A DNA stretch of 32,000 nucleotides, taken from positions 82,044 through 114,043 of the forward strand of contig CAOKHH010000001.1 of NCBI GenBank assembly GCA_948468225.1. Reading direction: 5' to 3'. The DNA comes from an uncultured Clostridia bacterium (GTDB lineage: Bacteria; Bacillota; Clostridia; TANB77; CAG-508). The notes under the pieces were generated by a model. That model was not told the DNA's origin. It saw only the letters and a list, made by a program, of their open reading frames with translations, and searched no databases. The translations under genes were made by a program, and so were the position numbers. Below are positions 1-9,993 of the stretch, piece after piece. The number at the start of each line of letters is the position of its first letter. Within the stretch, counting starts at the first letter, position 1.

Positions 1-1522
1 ACAATTATGCTATTATCTTCAAGAGTTGCAGCAAAATTGAGTAAAAATTTAAGAGATCAAGTATTTAAAAAAGTTTTGAAGTTTTCTAATAAAGAATTTA
101 GAGAATTTTCAACAGCATCTTTAATTACAAGAAGTACAAACGATATTCAACAAATACAAATGCTAATAGGAATGTTATTTAGGGTTGTTGTATATGCGCC
201 TATAATGGGTATAGGAGGATTTATAAGAGTATTAGGAAATAGTAATACATCAATGGCTTGGATTATAGGAATGGCAATTCTTATAATACTTGCAATAGTT
301 ATGGTACTATTTATAGTTGCAATGCCGAAATTTAAGAAGTTACAGGATTTAATAGATAAACTAAATCTTGTTTCAAGAGAAATATTAACTGGATTACCAG
401 TTATAAGAGCGTTCAACAAGGAGAAAACGGAAGAGGAAAGATTTGATATTGCATCACAAAATTTAATGAAAACTAATATATTTGTAAATAAAGCAATGAG
501 CATAATGATGCCAGCACTAATGCTTGTAATGAATACAATATCAATAGCAATAATATGGTTTGGTGGAAAGAATGTTGATGCGGGAGTAATGCAAGTTGGA
601 GATATGATGGCTTTTATACAATATACAATGCAAATAGTAATGTCTTTCTTAATGATTTCTATGATTTCAATAATGTTACCAAGAGCTTCTGTTTCTGCTA
701 ACCGTATAAATGATGTATTAGAAACAGAACCCAATATAATAGATCCTGAAAGAGAATTGGAATTTAATAAAGAAAAGATAGGTTATGTAGAATTTAAAAA
801 TGTATCTTTTAGATATCCAGATGCAGATACTGAGATTTTAGAGGATATAAATTTCACAGCGAAACCTCGGTCAGACTACTGCAATAATAGGAAGTACAGG
901 AAGTGGAAAATCTACGGTAGTAAATTTAATACCACGTTTTTATGATGTAACAGGTGGAGAATTGTTGGTTGATGGAGTAAATGTAAAGGATATTTCTCAA
1001 AAGAAATTAAGAGAAAAAATAGGATTTGTACCACAAAAAGGAATCTTATTTTCTGGAACAATAGAGTCAAATATAAAATATGGTAAATCTAATATAACAG
1101 ATGAACAAATGAAATGGGCAGCAGAAATTGCTCAATCAAGTGAGTTTATAGATAAAAAAGAAGAGGGATATGAATCTCAAATAGCTCAAGGTGGAAGCAA
1201 TGTTTCTGGTGGTCAAAAGCAACGTTTATCAATAGCAAGAGCTATTGCAATAAATCCAGAAATACTAATATTTGATGATAGTTTTTCTGCATTAGATTTT
1301 AAAACAGATGCAAAATTAAGAGAAGAATTGGCAAAAAATACAGAAAACAAAACAGTAATAATAGTAGCGCAAAGAATTAGTACAGTATTAAATGCAGAAC
1401 AAATAATAGTTTTAGATGAAGGAAAAATGGTAGGAATTGGAACACATAGAGAATTGATGGCAAATTGCGAGAAGTATAGACAGATTGCACTATCTCAATT
1501 ATCAGAAGAGGAACTAGGGTAA
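1..1522 (+). CDS. ABC exporter, fused permease/ATP-binding subunit; 5' end lies outside the window; needs a +1 frame change at in-frame CGG 868-870
   Basis: ORF 7..945 (membrane domain) is open from base 1 and continues in the +1 frame as ORF 962..1522. Skipping C868 gives FTAKP-GQTTAIIGSTGSGKST (Walker A). Downstream are VSGGQKQRLSIARA (ABC signature) and ILIFDDSFSALD (Walker B). Confidence 0.85.
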
Positions 1523-1530
1523 TTTCAAAT

Positions 1531-1656
1531 GTAGGGGTACTGATTTTAAGGGAATACCCATGTAGGGAACGATGCCCTCGTCGTTTCGCTGACACCACAT
1601 AAGCCCTTGCCGAGTGAATAGTGAATGATAACCGTAGGGGCGAGCATTGCTCGTCC
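1531..1656 (+). repeat. Three same-orientation GTAGGG-headed GC-rich palindromic (REP-like) elements between the two ABC genes
   Basis: 1531 gtaggggtac..taccc (degenerate); 1562 gtagggaacgatgccctcgtcgtttcgc; 1634 gtaggggcgagcattgctcgtcc. Each is a GTAGGG head followed by an imperfect hairpin. They form GC islands in AT-rich spacer. Confidence 0.8.
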
Positions 1657-1675
1657 GTATAGAAGGAGGAACAAA

Positions 1676-3526
1676 ATGGAACAAAAAATAAAACCACCCA
1701 GAAGATTTGGAGCAGGTCCGCATAATGCTGGAGCAGTGGAAAAAGCAAAAAACTTTAAGGGTACAACCAAAAAACTAATAAAGGATTATTTGTCACAATA
1801 TAAATTAAGATTAGCGATAGTATTTATATTTGCTATAGGTAGCACGATATTTGCTATTGTAGGGCCTAAAATATTAGGTAATGCTACAACTGAAATTTTT
1901 AATGGACTAATTAGCAAAATAACTGGGGGAAGCGGAATTGACTTTGGGAAGATTGGTAGTATACTTATAACTCTTATAATTTTATATGTTATAAGTACAC
2001 TGTTTTCTTTAATTCAAGGATTTACGATGACAGGAGTTGCACAAAAACTTACATATAAACTAAGAGGAGATTTAATAAAAAAAATAAATAAATTGCCAAT
2101 AAGTTATTTTGATAAAAGAACAAATGGAGAAGTGTTATCAGTAATAACAAATGACATAGATACATTAAGTCAAAATCTAAATCAGAGTATAACACAAATA
2201 ATAACAGCAATATGTACAATTATTGGAATTGCGATAATGATGATATCTATTAGTATTCCAATGACTCTAGTATCTATTTTAATATTACCAGTTACAGCTT
2301 TAATATTAAGTAAAATAGTAAAAAAATCTCAAAAATATTTCAAAAAACAACAAGACTATTTAGGTCATGTAAATGGTCAAGTAGAAGAAATATATGGAGG
2401 GCATTTAATAGTAAAAGCGTTTAATGGAGAAGAGAAGGCAATAGAAGAATTTACAAGAGCAAACGAAGAATTATATCATTCAGCTTGGAAATCACAGTTT
2501 TTATCAGGAGTAATGCATCCAATAATGAATTTTATAGGAAATATAGGATATGTTATTGTTGCTGTGCTTGGTGGTTATTATGCAGCACAAGGGGTAATAA
2601 CTGTTGGGAATATACAATCCTTTATACAATACAACAAGCAATTTACTCAGCCTATAGGCCAAATTGCACAAATATCTAGTATGATACAATCTATGGTGGC
2701 TGCAGCAGAAAGAGTATTTGAGTTTTTAGAGGAACCGGAAGAAAAGGAAACTAATAAAGGAAATATTGATGAAAATAGCATAAAAGGCAGTATTACATTT
2801 AAAAATGTACAATTTAAATATGCAGATTCAGATAAAATAACAATAAACGATTTTTCAGCAGAAATAAAACCAGGACAAAAGATTGCAATAGTTGGACCAA
2901 CAGGTGCTGGAAAAACTACAATTGTAAAATTGTTGATGAGATTTTATGATGTGGATAAGGGCGAAATTCTGTTAGATGGACATAATATAAAAGATTTCAC
3001 AAGAGGAGACTTAAGAAAACAATTTGGAATGGTGCTCCAAGATACTTGGTTATTTGGTGGAACAATAAAAGATAATATAAAATATGGAAAACCAGAGGCA
3101 ACTCAGGCTGAAGTTATAGAAGCTGCAAAAGCAGCTAATGTTCACCATTTTATAAAGACCTTGCCTAATTCATACGATATGGTAATAAATGAAGAGAGTA
3201 CAAACATATCTGCAGGACAAAAACAATTACTTACAATAGCAAGGGTAATACTTGCAGACCCTAAAATACTAATACTAGATGAGGCAACAAGTTCAATAGA
3301 TACTTTAACAGAGATACAAATACAATCTGCAATGGATAATTTAATGAAGGGAAGAACAAGTTTTATAATAGCACATAGACTATCAACAATTAAAAATGCA
3401 GATTTAATTCTTGTATTAAATAATGGAGATATAGTAGAAAAAGGAACACATAAAGAATTGCTAAATAAAAACGGATTTTATGCAGAATTATATAATTCAC
3501 AATTTAATGAGGAAGAAGCTGGGTAA
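1676..3526 (+). CDS. ABC exporter, fused permease/ATP-binding subunit
   Basis: ATG 1676 follows AGGAGGA (1664-1670). The track start at 1625 is only read-through of a REP-like element (VGASIARP). Motifs: Walker A GPTGAGKTT, signature ISAGQKQLL, Walker B ILILDEATS, H-loop IIAHRLS. Confidence 0.92.
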   Translation: MEQKIKPPRRFGAGPHNAGAVEKAKNFKGTTKKLIKDYLSQYKLRLAIVFIFAIGSTIFAIVGPKILGNATTEIFNGLISKITGGSGIDFGKIGSILITLIILYVISTLFSLIQGFTMTGVAQKLTYKLRGDLIKKINKLPISYFDKRTNGEVLSVITNDIDTLSQNLNQSITQIITAICTIIGIAIMMISISIPMTLVSILILPVTALILSKIVKKSQKYFKKQQDYLGHVNGQVEEIYGGHLIVKAFNGEEKAIEEFTRANEELYHSAWKSQFLSGVMHPIMNFIGNIGYVIVAVLGGYYAAQGVITVGNIQSFIQYNKQFTQPIGQIAQISSMIQSMVAAAERVFEFLEEPEEKETNKGNIDENSIKGSITFKNVQFKYADSDKITINDFSAEIKPGQKIAIVGPTGAGKTTIVKLLMRFYDVDKGEILLDGHNIKDFTRGDLRKQFGMVLQDTWLFGGTIKDNIKYGKPEATQAEVIEAAKAANVHHFIKTLPNSYDMVINEESTNISAGQKQLLTIARVILADPKILILDEATSSIDTLTEIQIQSAMDNLMKGRTSFIIAHRLSTIKNADLILVLNNGDIVEKGTHKELLNKNGFYAELYNSQFNEEEAG

Positions 3527-3549
3527 AATAATAAATTAACAATAAAAAG

Positions 3550-3578
3550 TTGACATAACTTATATAATGTGTTATAAT
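3550..3578 (+). promoter_or_regulatory. Sigma-A-type promoter candidate (TTGACA, 17 nt spacer, TGtTATAAT extended -10)
   Basis: ttgaca 3550-3555, tataat 3573-3578, with TG at 3570-3571. It fires directly into the hairpin at 3580-3615. Confidence 0.35.
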
Positions 3579-3579
3579 A

Positions 3580-3617
3580 AACTTGCTGGTAGGGTAAAAG
3601 ATAAACCAGCAAGTTTT
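3580..3617 (+). terminator. Hairpin plus short T run downstream of the ABC operon
   Basis: aacttgctggt (3580-3590) pairs with accagcaagtt (3605-3615), followed by tttt. Confidence 0.5.
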
Positions 3618-3762
3618 AAATTTAGTAATTTAAAACTTTACAAGTAATATATTAAAATTTAATAATTTAAAATTTAAATCTTGAGTACACTAAAGAAGAG
3701 GAATAAAAATTTCACACGCAAGAAAAAATATTAAGAAATAATATTTTAAAGGAGGAAATAGT

Positions 3763-4287
3763 GTGAGAGTTATAAACTCTAAAATTTCAAGATTTATTTT
3801 TTATGTTTCAATTTTATTTTGCATAAATTTAGTTTTTCAATGTTTTGTATTTGCAAATGAATTACCTAAAGAACAAATAGTAGTAGATACAGAAAATGCG
3901 ATATTATCAAACGAAGAACAAGAAGTATTAACTTTAATAAATATAGAAAGAAAAAAAGAAGGATTAGTTGAACTTAAAGCATCTTCAGAGTTACAAGAAG
4001 TTGCCAAATTAAAAGCAGAAGATCTTGTAAACAATAATTATTTTTCACACACATCTCCAACACTTGGAACTCCATTTGAAATGCTAAAAAATGAAGGTGT
4101 AATGTATAAGTTTGCAGGAGAAAACTTAGCAGGAAATGAAACAGGAGCAAAAGCGGTAAATGCATGGATGAATTCACCAGCACATAAAGATAACATATTA
4201 GATGAAGATTACGAATATACAGGAATAGCAGTAATAGATAGCGAAATTTATGGAAAGGTGTATGTACAATTATTTATGGGCGTATAA
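3763..4287 (+). CDS. Secreted CAP/SCP (YkwD-like) domain protein
   Basis: GTG start after AAAGGAGG. N-terminal signal-like hydrophobic segment. Motifs NYFSHTSPTLGTPF, GENLAG and WMNSPAHKDNIL are typical of the bacterial CAP/SCP family. Confidence 0.8.
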   Translation: MRVINSKISRFIFYVSILFCINLVFQCFVFANELPKEQIVVDTENAILSNEEQEVLTLINIERKKEGLVELKASSELQEVAKLKAEDLVNNNYFSHTSPTLGTPFEMLKNEGVMYKFAGENLAGNETGAKAVNAWMNSPAHKDNILDEDYEYTGIAVIDSEIYGKVYVQLFMGV

Positions 4288-4310
4288 GTTTAAAAAATTT
4301 TCAAACTTAT

Positions 4311-4386
4311 GTGTCAATGGGGACGGAGCTTTTTGACAGTCTTAAGCAAAATTAAGACTGTCAAAAAGCTCCGTCCCCATTGACAC
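4311..4386. repeat. Perfect 35-bp inverted repeat with a 6-nt loop between convergent genes; carries the GGGGAC...GACAGTCTTAA motif also found in the RAYT flanks
   Basis: gtgtcaatggggacggagctttttgacagtcttaa-gcaaaa-ttaagactgtcaaaaagctccgtccccattgacac. I checked the arms base by base as exact reverse complements. Confidence 0.9.
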
Positions 4387-4420
4387 ATTGACATAAGCAA
4401 TAGAAGAAGAAAAAATAGGC

Positions 4421-7400
4421 TTAAATGCCTATCTTTTCTTGTGTATTTTCATTTTTTCTATTTTCATCTTCTATTGCTTTTAGAGAATTTTCTTTTTGTT
4501 TTAGGTTATCTTTTGCAACAGTCATAAGAAGTTTAATTCTATTTGTTTGATTAGCTTCGCTAGCTCCAGGGTCATAGTCAACAGGAGCTATATTTGCGTC
4601 TGGGAACATTTGTCTAATTGTTTTTATAACACCTTTTCCAACTACATGGTTTGGTAAGCAAGCAAATGGCTGAACACAAACTATATTTGGTATATCATTC
4701 TCTATGTATTCTATCATTTCTGCGGTTAAAAACCAGCCTTCACCAGTTTGATTTCCAATAGATAATACGTCTTTTACCTTATCTTCTAAGTGCCATATAT
4801 CGCAAGGTGGTAGGTAGTTTTTCTTTGAACTTGCAAGAGCTAGTCTTACATCTTTTTCTAATATGTCTATTAGTTTTATTGCTACTTTAGAAATTTTTGA
4901 AGAAGTTTTATTTGTATTTAATAACTTGTTAAATGTTATTTTATGTGTTGCCATAAATTTAACAAATCCCATAAAATCAGGCAATATAACTTCTGCGCCT
5001 TCATTTTCTAAAAGGTTAGCAACAAAGTTGTTACCAAATGGGTGGTATTTAATTAATACTTCTCCAACGATACCAACCTTAGGTTTCTTGACAGATGTGT
5101 CTAGTTCAATCTTTTCAAAATCATTTACTATATCATAAATACTTTGTTTAAATTGTTTATTAGTAGATTTTCTAACTAAAGCTTTGCATTTATCCATCCA
5201 CTCATTATAAAGTTTTTCAGTTTCACCTTTGTTTACTTCATATGCTCTATTTTTTGTTAGCATTTTTTGTAATAAATCACCATATATTACACCTTTTAAT
5301 AAGCCTTCAAAAAGACCTAAAGAAAGTTTGAATCCAGGCATTTTTTCCATTCCAACAACATTAAATGATATAACTGGAATATTTGGAAAACCTGCATCTT
5401 TTAAAGCCTTTCTTATAAAACCAATGTAATTAGTTGCACGACATCCGCCACCTGTTTGGCTCATTATAAGTGCAGTTTTATTTAAGTCATATTCTCCTGA
5501 TTCTAGGGCTTCTATCATTTGACCTGTAACTAATATAGATGGATAGCAAGCATCATTATTTACATATTTTAAACCAGTTTCCACTGTATGTGGAGTACAT
5601 TCTCTTAAAAGTTTTACTTTATACCCACAAGCTTGTAAAACAGATTCTAGTAATTCAAAATGTACAGGTGCCATTTGTGGAACTAAAATTGTGTAATCCT
5701 CTTTCATTTCTTTAGTGAATATAACTTTATGTTGTTCATAATTACCAGGGTTTCCGTTAGGCTTTGGAGCTTCTTTTAAACGTTTATTAATACTTGCAAG
5801 TAATGAGCGAATACGAATTCTAACTGCTCCTAAATTATTTACTTCATCTATTTTAATTAATGTGTACATTTTATCGTAGCTTGAAAGTATTTCTTCTACT
5901 TGATCTGTTGTAACTGCATCTACACCACATCCGAAAGAGTTTAATTGTACTAATTCTAGATTTTTATTTTTTCCAACGACTTCAGCTGCTGCATAAAGAC
6001 GAGCATGGAACATCCATTGGTCAACAACTCTAATTGGTCTTTTTGCTGCACCTAAGTGAGCTATTGAATCTTCAGATAATACGCAAAGTCCAAGACTTGT
6101 AATTAAGGTATCAATACCATGATTTATTTCTGGGTCAACATGATATGGTCGTCCTGATAATACAATACCCTTTTGATTATTTTCTTCTATGTATTTTAAT
6201 ATTTCTTCACCTTTTTTGTGAACGTCATCTCTAAAGTTTTGATATTCTTCTTCTGCTTTTATTGCAGCAACAGTAAGCTCTTTTTTAGTAAAATTATAGC
6301 ATTTAAATTCGTCTAATTCTAAAACTTTCTTAACGAGATTTTTTGTATCAAGTGGTAAGAAAGGATTTAAGAATTTAATATCTTTTAATTCTTCAACATT
6401 GTTTTTTATAACCTCAGAATAAGATATAACAATAGGGCAGTTGTAATGATTATCCGCTTTTTCATACTCTTTACGAGAATATGGAATACAAGGATAAAAT
6501 ATAGTTTTAATACCTTGATCTATTAAGCTAATAATATGACCGTGTACTAATTTTGCAGGATAGCAAACAGATTCAGAAGGCATAGACTCCATACCTTTTT
6601 CATATGTTTTTCTATTACTTTTTTCTGATAAAACAACTCTAAATCCTAAATTAGTAAGGAAGGTAAACCAAAAAGGGTAATCCTCATACATATTTAATAC
6701 TCTAGGTATTCCTATTGTTCCTCTAGTAGCCTTATCTTCAGACAATGGCTCATAATTAAATAATCTATTGAATTTATATTGATACATATTTGGTAATTTT
6801 GAATTTTCTGTAACATTACCGTGATCCACGTTCACATCTGTTTCCAGAAATGAACTTTTTGCCATTACTAAATGCATTTACTGTAAGAAGACAGTTGTTT
6901 TCGCAACGACCACATCTAACATGGCTAACTTTAACATCTATATTATCAAGCTCTTCTAGTTTAGTTATAGTTGATACATAAGTCATATCCATATTTGCTT
7001 CATATTGTTCTTTTGAAAGTAATGCCATACCATAAGCTCCCATTAAACCTGCAATATTTGGGCGGATAACATCTTTTCCAACAGTTAATTCAAAGGCACG
7101 TAGAACAGCATCATTATAGAAAGTACCACCTTGTACAACAATATGATTTCCTAAAGTTTCTATATCTCTAACCTTCATAACTTTTTGTATAGCGTTTTTA
7201 ACAACTGAGTAAGAAAGACCAGCAGAAATATCTCCAACTGAATATCCTTCTTTTTGAGATTGTTTAATTTTTGAGTTCATAAATACTGTACAACGTGAGC
7301 CTAAAGGTGCTGGTCTTCTGGATTGTAAGGCTTCGTCAACAAATTCACTAATAGATAAATTTAAGCTACTAGCAAAGGTTTGTATAAAAGATCCACATCC

Positions 7401-8741
7401 AGATGAACATGCTTCGTTTAGCATAATGTTATCTATGACATTGTCTTTCATTTTTATATATTTCATATCTTGCCCACCAATGTCTACAATACTTGTAACA
7501 TTTGGCATAAATTGTTTTGCTGCTGTATAATGGGCTATAGTTTCTATTTCATTTAAATCTATATTTAAAGCAGTTTGTACAAGTTTTTCCCCATATCCAG
7601 TAATACCACTATAGCGTACAATTGCTTTTTCGGGTAATACTGAGTATAACTCTTTTAGCATTTTTATAACACTTTTTAGTGGGTTTCCTTCATTGCTTCC
7701 ATATATAGAATGCAAAAGTTTTCCGTCTCTATCTATTAACACTAATTTTGTTGTAGTAGATCCTGCATCTATTCCTATATAACAATCGCCTTCATATGTA
7801 GCCAAATCATTTGTTTCTACTTTTGCAATTTCATGTCTTGCTTTAAATTTAGTGTATTCTTCTCCTGTAACAAAAAGTGGTGGGAGAGGCTCTGTTGTTG
7901 TATCAACAGAAGATTTTAAAACTTGAATTTTGCTTCTTAATTTTTCTACAGTTATTGGTTTTGAATCTAATGAATCTAAAGCAGCACCTTTTGCGACTAA
8001 AAGATGAGCTTCCTCTGGTACTATTATTTCATCTTCTTTTAAATTTAGTGTTTCTATAAATCTATTTCTAAGTTCTGGTAAGTAGCTTAAAGGTCCTCCT
8101 AAAAATGCAACTTTACCACGAATTGGTCTACCACAAGCAAGTCCACTAATGGTTTGATTTACAACAGCTTGGAATATAGAAGCTGCTATATCTTCTTTTC
8201 TTGCTCCTTCATTTAATAAAGGTTGTATATCTGTTTTTGCAAAAACTCCGCAACGTGAAGCAATAGGGTATATTGTATTATGATTTTTTGCAAGTTCGTT
8301 TAATCCTGCGGTATCTGTAGATAATAGTGACGCCATTTGGTCTAAAAATGCACCAGTACCACCTGCACAAGTTCCGTTCATACGTTGTTCTATGAATTTA
8401 TCAAAATAAATTATTTTTGCATCTTCTCCACCAAGTTCTATAACTACATCGGTTTGTGGGATATATTTTTCAACAGAACGTTTACAAGAAACAACCTCTT
8501 GAATAAATTTCAAATCTAAAAATTTAGCTGCAGACATTGCACCAGATCCAGTTAATGCTATTGTAAAATCAGCTTCAGGATAATCTGATGCTAGTTTTTC
8601 TAATACATTACAAACGGTATTTTTTGTATCTGAAAAATGTCTTGTATAATCTGTATATATAGTATTTAATTCATTATCCATAACTACTATTTTTACGGTT
8701 GTAGACCCAACATCTACACCAACATGAAGTATTTTTTCCAT
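4421..8741 (-). CDS. Acyl-CoA dehydratase activase-related protein: two BcrAD/BadFG-type ATPase modules fused to a CoA-enzyme-activase C-terminal region; needs a +1 frame change at CGG 6821-6819
   Basis: ORF 6816..8765 carries GVDVGSTTVK and GIDAGSTTTK (two ASKHA ATPase modules) and ends ..NRCERGS-CGG-TAA. Skipping C6821 joins it to ORF 4421..6877 as CERGS-GNVTENSKLPNMYQYKF. The likely start is ATG 8741 (MEKILHVGVD), 9 nt after GAAGG. Confidence 0.85.
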
Positions 8742-8774
8742 AATTTCAACCTTCTTAAAATACATGATTTCAAC

Positions 8775-8898
8775 AATTCAAAAAGGAATTAGCATATTGC
8801 AAGGCAAATTTTGTTCAAAATACCGGAAATGTACGAGTGTACATTGAGGATTTTTGAATAAAATTTAACGAAGCAAGATGCTGATTATTTTTTGAATT
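8775..8898 (-). promoter_or_regulatory. Long imperfect hairpin (about 58-bp arms) forming the 5' leader of the activase gene; alternatively MITE-like
   Basis: aattcaaaaaggaattagcatattgcaaggcaaattttgttcaaaa pairs with ttttgaataaaatttaacgaagcaagatgctgattattttttgaatt. Central palindrome is aatgtac-gagt-gtacatt. Confidence 0.5.
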
Positions 8899-8904
8899 GA
8901 TTAT

Positions 8905-8933
8905 ATTTTATAATGAAAATGGGCATTTGTCAA
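8905..8933 (-). promoter_or_regulatory. Sigma-A-type promoter candidate for the activase gene
   Basis: On the minus strand: TTGACA (8933-8928), 17 nt spacer, TAAAAT (8910-8905). Confidence 0.45.
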
Positions 8934-9002
8934 ATGAAATAAATGGTATAAGGCTTACGGAAACTGAAAATTGACAAAAAGAAAAAGAATAATGAAAAAT
9001 AA

Positions 9003-9031
9003 TTGACATATAATAATAAATATAGTATACT
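9003..9031 (+). promoter_or_regulatory. Sigma-A-type promoter candidate driving the small RNA
   Basis: TTGACA 9003-9008, 17 nt spacer, TATACT 9026-9031. Confidence 0.5.
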
Positions 9032-9038
9032 ATATTTA

Positions 9039-9104
9039 ACTTATAAGTTCAAAAGATGTCATTGAACTGTACCGAGATTATGTGTCCGCATAATCTCTTT
9101 TTTT
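9039..9104 (+). ncRNA. Candidate small antisense-type RNA (putative type I antitoxin)
   Basis: The promoter at 9003-9031 is followed by hairpin gttcaa-aagatgtca-ttgaac (9047-9067). An intrinsic terminator follows: gagattatg-tgtccg-cataatctc plus T7 (9074-9104). The RNA contains tcaaaagatgtcat (9049-9062), complementary to the start region of the ORF at 9237. Confidence 0.45.
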
Positions 9105-9121
9105 GTAAATTAAAAAGAAAG

Positions 9122-9143
9122 AGGCAGAGTGTCCGCTCTGCCT
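9122..9143 (-). terminator. Intrinsic terminator of the small-ORF transcript
   Basis: On the minus strand: aggcagag-cggaca-ctctgcct followed by ctttcttttt. The loop CGGACA is complementary to the sRNA terminator loop UGUCCG. Confidence 0.5.
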
Positions 9144-9150
9144 ACAAAGA

Positions 9151-9237
9151 TTATTCTTTGTTTTCTTGGCCTTGATTGTTATTATTGTTTAACAATAATA
9201 AGACAATTAGTCGCCAGATTAACTCAAAAGATGTCAT
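9151..9237 (-). CDS. 28-aa hydrophobic/polar-tail peptide MTSFELIWRLIVLLLLNNNNNQGQENKE (putative type I toxin)
   Basis: ATG at 9237 with GGAAAGGAAG 10 nt upstream. The start codon sits in the loop of the mRNA hairpin caaaagat-atgac-atcttttg. The terminator lies directly downstream. This ORF is too short to appear in the ORF track. Confidence 0.4.
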   Translation of the reverse strand: MTSFELIWRLIVLLLLNNNNNQGQENKE

Positions 9238-9284
9238 ATCTTTTGTACTTCCTTTCCTAGATTTCCTATGAAAAGGATTTTTTA

Positions 9285-9313
9285 ATTATATATTAACTAA
9301 ACACACAATGCAA
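9285..9313 (-). promoter_or_regulatory. Promoter candidate for the small-ORF transcript
   Basis: On the minus strand: TTGCAT (9313-9308), 17 nt spacer, TATAAT (9290-9285). Confidence 0.4.
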
Positions 9314-9404
9314 TACTAAATTGTCAAATAATCAAATAATTTGTTCTCATATTTTAAAGCTAAACTCATATTATTTAATATATTTAAAATTTAGGAGATT
9401 TTAT

Positions 9405-9993
9405 ATGTTAAATACAATATGGCCTATTTTTATTATAATTTCATTTGTATATGCAATATTTACAGGGAGAGTAGCTGAGATTAACGATGCTATATTTGCG
9501 TCTGCAAAAGATGCAGTAGATTTATGTATAACGCTATTTGGTACAATATGCTTATGGAATGGAATAATGCAAATAGCAACAAACACAAGAATAATTGATG
9601 GACTTAAAAAACTGGTAAATCCAATTATGAAAAGATTATTTCCAGAAATAGATAAAGAGACCCAAGTTTATTCAGAGATATCTATGAATATGGTTGCAAA
9701 CATTATGGGATTAGGCAATGCAGCGACACCACTTGGGCTAAAAGCTATGAAGTCATTGCAAAAAGAAAATATTCGAAAAGATACCTTATCTAATTCTATG
9801 TTTATGTTCATTGTTATAAACACAGCATCATTACAAATTATACCAACAACAGTAATTGCAATTAGAAGTTCACTACGGTTCAAATAATCCTACAGGAATG
9901 ATTATGGCAGTATGGATTGCAACAGCATGTGCGTTTATTGCAGCTACAACCTCTGCAAAATTTATTTGTAGGGAGAAAAGGGGGGAAAAATGA
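9405..9993 (+). CDS. spmA: Spore maturation protein A (nucleoside-recognition/Gate domain membrane protein); needs a +1 frame change at CGG 9876-9878
   Basis: ATG 9405 (MLNTIWPIF..) follows AGGAG. The 0-frame ends IRSSL-CGG-ttc-aaa-TAA. Skipping C9876 gives IRSSL-GSNNPTGMIMAVWIATACAFIAATTSAKFI.. and ends at TGA 9991-9993, overlapping the spmB ATG (ATGA). Confidence 0.8.

Noticed and set aside
1531-1656. CRISPR array interpretation of the clustered GC-rich repeats (also at 23856-24030)
   Set aside because: The units are of different sub-types and orientations with irregular, very short spacing. Some lie inside coding sequence. There are no cas genes and no regular repeat-spacer periodicity.
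1625-1675. N-terminal extension MITVGASIARPYRRRNK of the second ABC gene, and minus-strand ORFs 1377..1770
   Set aside because: These arise from read-through of the GC-rich REP-like elements, which lack stops in some frames. A proper RBS plus ATG is at 1676.
4311-4386. Calling the 76-nt palindrome a plain rho-independent terminator
   Set aside because: There is no T tract after the stem on either strand, and the arms are far longer and more perfect than needed. It may still terminate transcription, but it looks like a repeat element.
8742-8765. Upstream track starts 8765 (activase), 9321 (spmA), 20371 (glycosyltransferase) and 19669 (ypeB)
   Set aside because: No Shine-Dalgarno sequence at suitable spacing. 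The downstream ATGs at 8741, 9405, 20383 and 19660 each have one and give native-looking N-termini.
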